Shown: positions 1 to 7,952 of the stretch, piece after piece
Layout: every line of letters starts with the position of its first letter
How positions within the stretch are numbered: position 1 is the stretch's first letter
Source: Chthoniobacteraceae bacterium
Lineage (GTDB): Bacteria > Verrucomicrobiota > Verrucomicrobiia > Chthoniobacterales > Chthoniobacteraceae
DNA: 50,176 nt
NCBI GenBank assembly: GCA_031409335.1
Contig: JANNWY010000031.1
Span: 1 to 50,176 of the forward strand
Direction: 5' to 3'
Notes under the pieces: generated by a model
What the model was told of the DNA's origin: nothing
Seen by the model: only the letters and a program-made list of their open reading frames with translations
Database searches by the model: none
Program-made: the position numbers and the translations under genes

Positions 1-1045
1 TTTTGTAGATGAAATCGAACTCCTCGTGCGGGTCGCGGCTGAAGACGAAGTCGTGATGCGCGAGGTGCTCGTAGCGTTTGCTGAGGCCGAGGTAGAGCAC
101 GACGCCGGAGCACGCAGGCTCGTAGCTGCGCCGCCGCTCGAAGGCCGCGCCGACCGTGCCGTTGATGAGTTCACGATGGGTGCGGACGGAGTCGCAGTTC
201 GACACCACGGCGCTGAGCGCGATCTCCTCGTCCGCATCCGTGAGCACGCCGGTCACTTCGCCACCGCGCGACAAGATTTTTTCGATCTTCGTGCTGGTGC
301 GGAATTCGACGCCGAGTTCGCGCGCGAGTTTTTCCAGCGCGAGTGGGACGGCGCGCGTGCCGCCCATCGGATACCAAACGCCTTCGTCGGTCTGCATGTG
401 CGCGATGCCGCAGAGCACGGCGGGCGAGCCGTAGGGCGACGAGCCGACGTATTGTGTAAAATGGTCGATCATCTGCGCGACGCGCGGATCGGGCGTGTAT
501 TTGCGCACCGTGGCGGCGACCGAGTGGCCCATGCGCATCGCGAGCACATCGCCAAGCATCTTCGGGTCGAACGAGGCCTTCCACTCGAACATGTCCATGA
601 TTCCGCCGATCGGTTTGTAGAAAAAGTGGCGCTGCGAAATGCCGTCGAGCCGCGCGCTGTAGTCGATGAAGTCGCGGTAGCGCTGGCCGGAATTCGTGCC
701 GGGCGCAAACGCGTCGAGCGTCTTCACCATCGCGTCCGGATTCTGCGCGAGGTCGAGCACGGAGCCGTCGTCGAAAAAGCAGCGCCACTGCGGATCGAGG
801 CGCACGAGTTCGAGGTAGTCTTCGAGCCGCGCGCCCGCCTCGGTGAAGATGCGCCGCAACACCGACGGGATCGTGACGATGGTCGGCCCCATGTCGAAGC
901 GAAAGCCGTCGCCGGTGAGCTGCGCCGCCTTGCCGCCGAGCCATTCGTTGCGCTCGAAGAGGATGACTTTGCGCCCGCGCGCGGCGAGCACGCAGGCCGC
1001 GGAGAGTCCGGCGAGGCCGCCGCCGATGATGCCGATGGGTTTCAT
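1..1045 (-). CDS. Phytoene desaturase-family FAD oxidoreductase (CrtNb/CrtP-like diapolycopene oxygenase); 3' end runs off the window
   Basis: Not in the ORF track; translated by hand from the ATG at 1045: MKPIGIIGGGLAGLSAACVLAARGRKVILFERNEWLGGKAAQLTGDGFRFDMGPTIVT. GxGxxG FAD motif and FDxGPT signature. ATGA overlap with the upstream ALDH stop. Confidence 0.85.
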   Translation of the reverse strand, partial: MKPIGIIGGGLAGLSAACVLAARGRKVILFERNEWLGGKAAQLTGDGFRFDMGPTIVTIPSVLRRIFTEAGARLEDYLELVRLDPQWRCFFDDGSVLDLAQNPDAMVKTLDAFAPGTNSGQRYRDFIDYSARLDGISQRHFFYKPIGGIMDMFEWKASFDPKMLGDVLAMRMGHSVAATVRKYTPDPRVAQMIDHFTQYVGSSPYGSPAVLCGIAHMQTDEGVWYPMGGTRAVPLALEKLARELGVEFRTSTKIEKILSRGGEVTGVLTDADEEIALSAVVSNCDSVRTHRELINGTVGAAFERRRSYEPACSGVVLYLGLSKRYEHLAHHDFVFSRDPHEEFDFIYK

Positions 1046-2301
1046 AGTTTTCTGGATTTCGCTTTGGCGATGAGTGCGCTGACAAGCTCGCGGATCGCGG
1101 CAAGGCGACTGCGGCCATGCGCGGCGCGGATGTAGGCGGAGAAGAGCTGCGCGTCGTCGGCAGCGGGCTCGTCGAAGTGCTGGTGCGCGCGGCCGCGGCG
1201 GATGGCGACGACGTGCGGGAAAGTCATCTCGAGCAGCCCTTCGCCGCCGCGCGTGGTGCCAAAGCCGCTGGCTTTCACGCCGCCGAATGGCATGCGCGGA
1301 TCGGCGGTGGGAACGATGAGGTCGTTGACGAGGACGAAGCCGGTTTTGATCTGCGCGGCGAGCGCGCGCGCCTTCTCGATGTCGCGGGAGAAGATGGATG
1401 CGCCGAGCGCGAATTCGGCGGCGTTCGCACGCTGGACGGCGGCGGCTTCATCGCGCACGCGCTCGACGAGCAGACGCGGGACGCGCGCGGCAGTGAGGCG
1501 AGCGAGCAGCGCTTCGGCGATGGATTGCTCGACGATGAGGCGTCGCGGAGCAATGCAAGTCTCGCCATCATTCAGCCGCGTGCCAAAACGTAGCGCGCCT
1601 ACGACGAGATCGAGATCGGCGTCGGCGAGAACGATCACGGCGTCCTCGCCGGAGAGTTCCATGACGGACGGCGTGTTCGTCTCCGCGAGGGTGGCGAGCA
1701 CGTCGCGACCGTTTTCAGACGAGCCGGTGAAAATGACTTTGTCCACGCCGCCAGCGATGGCTTCGCGCGCGGCTTCGACGGTCTCGGGGAGGATCGTGAG
1801 CAGCTCTGGATCGAGACCGGCAACGCGGATGAGTTCCGAAAATCGGAACGCCACATCGCGCGTGCCGGGCGCTGGTTTGAGCAGCACGGAATTTCCCGCG
1901 ACGAGCGCGTGCAGGGCGTGAACGGCGGGGAGAAAGAGCGGATAATTTCCCGGCCCGATCACCAGCACGACGCCGAACGGCTGGCGCTGGACCTCAAAGG
2001 AAAGGCCCTGCAACCAGAATGGCCGACCACCTTTCCCACCAGCGCGCGGCGCGAGGATGCGCGCGGCATTTTTCTCCAGCCAGCGGCACGCGTCGGCGAG
2101 CGGGAGGACTTCGGAGACGAGCTTTTCAGCGAGCGGCCGATCGCTGACCGCCCCGGCGGCATTGGCCAGGCCGTGCGCATTTTCCGCGATCAGGTGGCGC
2201 AGCTCGCGGACGATGCGGAGCCGTTCGTGGATTGGCCCGCGCGCCCATTGCGCTTGCGCAGCGCGGCTGGGTTTTGGGCGTTCAATGAGCGCGGTCATCA
2301 C
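1042..2301 (-). CDS. Aldehyde dehydrogenase (AldH/CrtNc-like by context), internally shortened
   Basis: PFGVVLVIGPGNYP, LKPA, FTGS, MELSGED (catalytic Glu), GETCIAP (catalytic Cys), PFGGVKASGFG. Lies between two CrtI-family genes. Start is 2301 (GTG) or 2298 (ATG). Confidence 0.88.
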   Translation of the reverse strand: MMTALIERPKPSRAAQAQWARGPIHERLRIVRELRHLIAENAHGLANAAGAVSDRPLAEKLVSEVLPLADACRWLEKNAARILAPRAGGKGGRPFWLQGLSFEVQRQPFGVVLVIGPGNYPLFLPAVHALHALVAGNSVLLKPAPGTRDVAFRFSELIRVAGLDPELLTILPETVEAAREAIAGGVDKVIFTGSSENGRDVLATLAETNTPSVMELSGEDAVIVLADADLDLVVGALRFGTRLNDGETCIAPRRLIVEQSIAEALLARLTAARVPRLLVERVRDEAAAVQRANAAEFALGASIFSRDIEKARALAAQIKTGFVLVNDLIVPTADPRMPFGGVKASGFGTTRGGEGLLEMTFPHVVAIRRGRAHQHFDEPAADDAQLFSAYIRAAHGRSRLAAIRELVSALIAKAKSRKL

Positions 2302-3830
2302 GCAGGCTCCAGATTGAACGGCGCGAGTTGTGGCTCGGGCTCGGCGGCGGGGGCAATGCCGAGGTCTTCGAGCAGCAGACGCGAGCTGATGCGGGCGCTT
2401 TCAAAAATCACCGGCAGGCCGCTGCCCGGATGGGTGCCGCCGCCGACGAGGTAGATGCCATCGAGATCCTCGAAACGATTGTGCGGACGCAGGTGCAGCA
2501 TTTGGTCGAGACTGTGCGCCAGATTGAAGGTCGCGCCCATGTGGATTTCGTATTTCGAATCCCAATCGTCGGGCGTGACGATGCGCTCGAAGCGGATGCG
2601 ACGCTCCACGTCGGTGTAGCCGGCCTTCGCGATGTGGCGCAGCATCTTCGCGCGGAAGCGCTCGCGCTCGCGGGACCAATCGACGTTCGGATGCTGATGG
2701 GTGACGGGCGCGAGAATGTAGAGCGCGCTGCTGCCGCGCGGGGCGAGCGCCGGGTCGGTGACGCACGCATTTTGCACATAGAAAGACGGATCCTCGGAGA
2801 GCACGTGGCGGTTCTCGATCTCATCGAGATTGCGCACGTAATCGTCGGCGATGTGGATGCTGTGATGCGGCAAATCGAAGGTGCCCTCGACGCCGAGGTA
2901 CATCATGAAAGTGGAGCACGAGAATTTTTTTCGGGCGATCCGGCGATCGGTCCAGCGGCGGCGCAGGCGGTCCGGGACGAGGCGTTTCATCGCCCGAGCA
3001 AAGTCCGCGTTCATCACGATCGCGCCCGCTTTTTCGACACCCGCGGCGGTGCGCACGCCGACGGCGCGGCGACCCTCGAAAAGCACTTCCTCGACTGGCT
3101 GATCGGTGCGGATTTCCACGCCGAGCCGCTCCGCGACGCGCGCCATCGCCACGCTCAGCGCGGCGCATCCGCCGAGGGGGTGAAACACGCCGTGCTCGTA
3201 TTCGAGGAACGACAAAATCGAGAACAAACTCGGGCAGCGAAACGGCGACATGCCGAGGTATTTCGACTGGAAGGAAAACGCGAGGCGGATGCGCGGGTCG
3301 CGGAAAAAGCGGCTGAGATATGTGTCGAGCGACTGATGCGGGCGGAGCATCGGCAGCATCTTGAGCAGGCTGGGGCTGACGAGATCCTTCCAACTGTTAA
3401 ACGGCGTGTTCAGGCACGGCTCCATGCGCTCCAGCTTTGTGCGGTTTTCCACCATGAAGCGTGAAAATCCCGGCGCGTCGCCCGGCGCGATCGCGGCGAT
3501 TTGCTGCTCCATGCGCGCGATGTCCGGCGTCGCGTCGATCTGCCCGCCGCCGCCGAAGATGATGCGGTACTGCGGATCGAGCCGCACCATTTCCACCTCC
3601 GCCCGGAGCGACGTGCCGGCTGCCGCGAAGATTTCCTCCAGCACGCGCGGGTAGAGGAAAAACGTGGGGCCGAGATCGAACTTGAAGCCCTCCGCCTCGA
3701 TCGAAGAAGTGCGCCCGCCGACCGTCGGCAGCCGCTCGAGGACTTTCACTTTCACGCCCGATGCGGCGAGGAGGATGGCGGAGGCAAGGCCGCCGGGACC
3801 GGCGCCAATGATAATGACGTCTTTGCTCAT
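2298..3830 (-). CDS. CrtN/CrtI-family carotenoid desaturase
   Basis: MSKDVIIIGAGPGGLA, FDLGPTF, FQSKYLGMSPF and C-terminal YLVGGGTHPGSGLP signature. Start taken at ATG 3830 rather than the track's 3977. Confidence 0.9.
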   Translation of the reverse strand: MSKDVIIIGAGPGGLASAILLAASGVKVKVLERLPTVGGRTSSIEAEGFKFDLGPTFFLYPRVLEEIFAAAGTSLRAEVEMVRLDPQYRIIFGGGGQIDATPDIARMEQQIAAIAPGDAPGFSRFMVENRTKLERMEPCLNTPFNSWKDLVSPSLLKMLPMLRPHQSLDTYLSRFFRDPRIRLAFSFQSKYLGMSPFRCPSLFSILSFLEYEHGVFHPLGGCAALSVAMARVAERLGVEIRTDQPVEEVLFEGRRAVGVRTAAGVEKAGAIVMNADFARAMKRLVPDRLRRRWTDRRIARKKFSCSTFMMYLGVEGTFDLPHHSIHIADDYVRNLDEIENRHVLSEDPSFYVQNACVTDPALAPRGSSALYILAPVTHQHPNVDWSRERERFRAKMLRHIAKAGYTDVERRIRFERIVTPDDWDSKYEIHMGATFNLAHSLDQMLHLRPHNRFEDLDGIYLVGGGTHPGSGLPVIFESARISSRLLLEDLGIAPAAEPEPQLAPFNLEPA

Positions 3831-3859
3831 GGTGTTGGGTTCGCGAATGAAAGTGCGGG

Positions 3860-4066
3860 TCAGAATTTCATCTTCACGCCGCACGCCCGGGCCACGCACC
3901 AGCCACGCGCCGCCTCGAAGGCAACGAACGCGGATGAAGCCGCGAGGGCAATGCCGGCAGGCTGCGAATGCGCCCATGCAAAGTAGGCGGCTCCGCCCAA
4001 ACCGAGGGCTCCGGCGCCGCGGATCAAGCGGCCTTTCGTTTCGATGTTTCGCTGGAAGAAGGACAT
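3860..4066 (-). CDS. Small membrane protein, DUF2892/YgaP-like
   Basis: N-(x)5-R-x2-R start, two hydrophobic segments, GWC...G C-terminal motif. Confidence 0.7.
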   Translation of the reverse strand: MSFFQRNIETKGRLIRGAGALGLGGAAYFAWAHSQPAGIALAASSAFVAFEAARGWCVARACGVKMKF

Positions 4067-4258
4067 GGGATTGGTGCTGATACGCTCATCCCCGTCGTCA
4101 GGGATGCGCCCTTTTTAGATGCTGCGGATGGGAGCGGATAGTTGGAGATTCTGCAAGAATTCAGTGACGAGCGGAGCGAGGCACCCGGATTGTGCCATTC
4201 GGAATGCTCGAAAAAGCCTCGACTCGCCAGCAATCGTGACGGGACGATATTTGGTCGC

Positions 4259-5131
4259 ATGAAGCAGCCCGATTACACCTTCCGCGCGGACAAATCGACC
4301 GGTGAGGAAGTGCATCGCATCGCGGACGGACTGATCGACGCGGCGCTGCATCGCGCACGGCATCCGGGCCGCGACGCGGTGGAGGACGTGCATTTTTTCC
4401 GCACGACCGCCAAGCGGCTGCGCGCGCTCCTTCAACTCATCCGGCCAATGATCGCGATGACCACTTTCGACCGCGAAAATGAGCGGTTGAAACGAGCCGC
4501 CGACCGGCTTGCACCGTTTCGCGATCGCGCCGTCGCGGCTGAGACGGTGAAGGCGTTTGGCAAGGCCGCCGGCTTGCTATGGGAGCTGCATCGCGCGGAC
4601 CGCAAACCCACCGCGAAAGGCAGCCGCCGAAACGCGATGCGCCAGGCCGCGCGCGATCTCGAACTCTCGCGGATTGGTTTTCAGCAACTCCGATTTCACG
4701 GCGAAAACTGGGATCTGGTCGGACCGGGATTGATGCGGGTTTACAAGCAGGCACGCCGCCGGATGAAAGAAGCCCGCACTCATCCTGGCGACCGCGCGTT
4801 TCACCGGTGGCGCATTCGCGTGAAGCAACTCTTCCATCAACTCAGATGGCTCGAACCGGTCTGGCCAAGGCGCTTCCGCAAACTCAGCAGACGTCTGCAC
4901 AAGCTGGAAGAAATGCTGGGGGCCGACCACGACCTCGTCGTCCTGTGCGCGCTTTTGGAAAAGACACCGGGGAGACTCGAAGAGATCGCGCAGGTGAAGA
5001 AGTCCGCCGCGAAACAAAGCAGGCGCTTGCGCCGGGCCAGCGAGCGTCTCGGCGGGAAGACGCTGAATGAAACGCCGCGACGGTTCCGCCGGAGTTGCGA
5101 GCGGCACTGGCAGGCTTGGCGGAAAGGCTGA
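4259..5131 (+). CDS. CHAD-domain (polyphosphate-binding) protein
   Basis: VHFFRTTAKRLRALL, RD, FHRWRIRVKQL and LGADHDL motifs; very basic. Likely start MKQPDY at 4259. Confidence 0.85.
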   Translation: MKQPDYTFRADKSTGEEVHRIADGLIDAALHRARHPGRDAVEDVHFFRTTAKRLRALLQLIRPMIAMTTFDRENERLKRAADRLAPFRDRAVAAETVKAFGKAAGLLWELHRADRKPTAKGSRRNAMRQAARDLELSRIGFQQLRFHGENWDLVGPGLMRVYKQARRRMKEARTHPGDRAFHRWRIRVKQLFHQLRWLEPVWPRRFRKLSRRLHKLEEMLGADHDLVVLCALLEKTPGRLEEIAQVKKSAAKQSRRLRRASERLGGKTLNETPRRFRRSCERHWQAWRKG

Positions 5132-5210
5132 CGCAGTTGGACAAGATTGGCCTGGCGTTTCGCAATCGCTGCGCAGCGTGGCTGCGGAGTGGCGTTAGGC
5201 TTTACCCAAG

Positions 5211-5708
5211 ATGAAACCCGAATCCGACCTCGGCACCCGGCGCGACCGGCTGATGCAAGAGCACATTCACGATCCCTACAAGACAGCGCACAAGCTGCCG
5301 GAACCGACCGTCTGCCCGGAGTGTGGCGCGGTCTTTCACGAGGGGCGCTGGCAATGGATGACGCCAGCGCCGGCCAGCGCGCACCGCACTTCCTGCCAGG
5401 CCTGCCATCGCATCCGCGACAAGTATCCGGCAGGGCGGGTGACGTTGAGCGGTGGCTTCGTCCGCGGGCACGAAGCGGAACTGCTGAGTCTCGCGCGACA
5501 TCAGGAAACCGCGGAGAAGCAGGCGCATCCGCAGCATCGCATCCTGCTGATCGAGGAAACGCCCGATTCCATCGTGATCGAGACCACCGACCTGCATCTG
5601 CCGCATCGCATCGCCGCAGCGGTGGAACACGCGTATCACGGCGAACTCAAGCTTCACTACGACGAAGAGGGCTACTTCCTCCGCGCCGACTGGCAGCGGG
5701 AGGCTTGA
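5211..5708 (+). CDS. BCAM0308-family zinc-ribbon protein
   Basis: HDPY..., CPECGAVFHEGRWQW, CQACHRIRDKYPAG, HPQHRI, TTDLHLPHRIA. Confidence 0.8.
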   Translation: MKPESDLGTRRDRLMQEHIHDPYKTAHKLPEPTVCPECGAVFHEGRWQWMTPAPASAHRTSCQACHRIRDKYPAGRVTLSGGFVRGHEAELLSLARHQETAEKQAHPQHRILLIEETPDSIVIETTDLHLPHRIAAAVEHAYHGELKLHYDEEGYFLRADWQREA

Positions 5709-5739
5709 ACCCACTTTCAAACATCAACCCCACAAAACC

Positions 5740-6024
5740 ATGCTCGCAAAATACAACGTCGAATACGCGGTCCCATTCCAACGCCACGACCAGCCGCACC
5801 ATCATCTGACCAACGATCCCGTCGCCTGCGAGGAGTTCCTCACCGAACTGCTCGAGCGCGGCTTCAAGATCACGAGTGTCCTGCACGAAGGCGTGGCGCT
5901 GCCGAAGGTCGATTTCGACCGGATGATCAAGACCGCCGCCGGAGTGCTCACGACCCGGCACATCTGCCGCTCGCTCGGCATCGACAGCGCCGAGGCGCAC
6001 CACCGCTTCGGTTCGCCAGCGTAG
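5740..6024 (+). CDS. Hypothetical protein (94 aa)
   Basis: ORF with host-like codon usage, A/C-rich leader (cacaaaaccATG), co-directional with the BCAM0308-family gene. Confidence 0.65.
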   Translation: MLAKYNVEYAVPFQRHDQPHHHLTNDPVACEEFLTELLERGFKITSVLHEGVALPKVDFDRMIKTAAGVLTTRHICRSLGIDSAEAHHRFGSPA

Positions 6025-6030
6025 GCCATT

Positions 6031-7026
6031 TCAAGAGGACGGCTGGATCGCGCGGTTGGTCGCTATCGCGCGCATGTATTGCGCGCGCTCGAACGCGCTT
6101 GGATCGGCGCAGTTTTGCTGGCTGAGACTGCCTTTGAATTGGGCGACGCTCTCGAATTCGTGCGCCGCCATCCACTCGCGCATCTCGCGCTCGATCACCG
6201 TCAGATGGCCGATGCCGTGCCGCAGCAGCGCCGAACAGAGCATCGTCACATCCGCGCCGGCCATGAGCATTTTCAGCGCATCGGTGCCTCTGAGGATGCC
6301 GCTCGTGGCGGCGAGACTGGCACGCACACGACCGTGTAGCATCGCGATCCAGCGCAGCGGCAATCGCATTTCTCCGGGCACGCTGAGATTGATCGTCGGC
6401 GTGACTCCGCGCGCTGCGAGGTCGATGTCCGGCTGGTAAAAGCGATTGAACAGCACCAAGCCATCGACGCCCTGCGCATCGAGCCGGCGGGCGAAGTGCG
6501 AGAGATTTGTGAAGAACGGACTGAGCTTCACGGCGACCGGAATTTTCACCTGTGCCTTCACCGAAGCGATGATGGTGAGGTAACTCATTTCGATCTCCTC
6601 GGCGGTCACTTCAGGGTGCGCCGGGATGGAGTAGATATTCAGCTCCAGCGCGTCGGCCCCCGCCTCCTCGATCGCCCGCGCATACGCCGTCCACCCGCCG
6701 AAGGTCGTCCCATTAAGGCTCGCGATGATCGGGATTCCCAGCGCCTGCTTCGCCTTCCCGATGTTGAGCAGGTAATGATTCGGCGCGTATTGAAATTCAT
6801 GCGCGGCGGGAAAGTATCCCGGTGTCTCCGCGCTCCCTTCCGCGAGGTGGTGCAGCGTCTGGGTGTCGTGGCGGATTTGCTCCTCAAAAAGCGAATGCAT
6901 CACGATCGCCGCCGCGCCCGCGTCTTCCATGCGTTTGAGGTTGTCGAGGTCTTCCGAAAGCGGCGACGCCGACGGCACGAGCGGCGTGCGCAGTTTTAAT
7001 CCGAGATAGGTGGTCGCGAGATTCAT
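6031..7026 (-). CDS. Dihydroorotate dehydrogenase-like FMN protein
   Basis: MNLATTYLGLKLRTPLVPSASPL, SLFEEQI, PIIASLNG, GADALELN, PVAVKLSP, LFNRFYQPDID. No catalytic Cys after ELN. Confidence 0.85.
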   Translation of the reverse strand: MNLATTYLGLKLRTPLVPSASPLSEDLDNLKRMEDAGAAAIVMHSLFEEQIRHDTQTLHHLAEGSAETPGYFPAAHEFQYAPNHYLLNIGKAKQALGIPIIASLNGTTFGGWTAYARAIEEAGADALELNIYSIPAHPEVTAEEIEMSYLTIIASVKAQVKIPVAVKLSPFFTNLSHFARRLDAQGVDGLVLFNRFYQPDIDLAARGVTPTINLSVPGEMRLPLRWIAMLHGRVRASLAATSGILRGTDALKMLMAGADVTMLCSALLRHGIGHLTVIEREMREWMAAHEFESVAQFKGSLSQQNCADPSAFERAQYMRAIATNRAIQPSS

Positions 7027-7091
7027 GCGGTTGTTTCAGGGCGGGCGGGCGCGCCCGTCTTTGTGAAATGTTTCGCCCCATCCGTGGCCAA

Positions 7092-7952
7092 TTACTCCCC
7101 ATCCTCTGCCGAAGCCTTGTCGTCGGTTGCCTGAGGCTGCGGATGGATGGGAGCTGGCGGTGGTGGCGGGGTGCGGCGGTAGATGGTGTGATAGACGAGG
7201 CCGACCATGCCGGCGCCGCCGACGAGATTGCCGAGGGTGACGGGGAGGAGATTGCGCAGCATGTCAGCGAGGCTGATATCGGCGTGGAGGAAAATGCCGA
7301 GCGGGATGAAATACATGTTCGCGACGCTGTGCTCGAAGCCAGCGGCGACGAAGGCGGCGATCGGGAAGATGATCGCGAGGATTTTGTCGGTGACGGTGCG
7401 ACCGGCCATGGCGAGCCAGATCGCGAGACAGACGAGAAGATTGCACAGCACGCCGCGGAAGAACGCTTCGCCAAACGGCAGCGCGACCTTTGCGGTGGCG
7501 ATCGCGACGGCGGCGCTGCCGACTGCGCCATCAGCCATTTGCGCGTGGCCGGACAACGCGACGATGGCGGCAAGACCGGCGGCGCCGATGAAGTTGGCGA
7601 GATACACGAGGGCGAAATTCGTGAGCAGTTTCCCGACGCTGATCCGGCCTGAAACGCACGCCATGACGAGCAGATTGTTGCCGGTGAAAAGTTCCGCGCC
7701 CGCGACGACGACGAGGATGAGCCCGAGCGAAAAGACGACGCCGGCGAGCACGCGCGCGATGGCAAAGCTGAGTCCGGCGTCACTCAGCACGAGCGTGGCG
7801 AAGAGCGCGCCGAGGCCGATGAAGCCGCCGGCCAGCACGCCGAGCGCGACCACTGAGACGAGCGGCAGATTCGCTTTCGCGACACCGACGGTTTCCACGC
7901 GTTCGGCGATTTCGCGCGGTGAGTAGCAGTCGAAGCCGAAGACCTCAGCCAT
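7092..7952 (-). CDS. Formate/nitrite transporter (FNT, FocA-like)
   Basis: [46 protein letters not shown]. Start MAEVFG at 7952 overlaps the upstream stop. Confidence 0.9.
   Translation of the reverse strand: MAEVFGFDCYSPREIAERVETVGVAKANLPLVSVVALGVLAGGFIGLGALFATLVLSDAGLSFAIARVLAGVVFSLGLILVVVAGAELFTGNNLLVMACVSGRISVGKLLTNFALVYLANFIGAAGLAAIVALSGHAQMADGAVGSAAVAIATAKVALPFGEAFFRGVLCNLLVCLAIWLAMAGRTVTDKILAIIFPIAAFVAAGFEHSVANMYFIPLGIFLHADISLADMLRNLLPVTLGNLVGGAGMVGLVYHTIYRRTPPPPPAPIHPQPQATDDKASAEDGE

Noticed and set aside
26..1135. 369-aa plus-strand ORF and the 171-1118 minus-strand ORF
   Set aside because: Shadows of the real desaturase, which is in another minus frame starting at 1045 and is missing from the track because it runs off the edge.
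7061..7078. Rex-like site TTGTGAA-atgt-TTCGCCC upstream of the DHODH-like gene
   Set aside because: The right half has 3 mismatches; plausible in context but not supportable alone.
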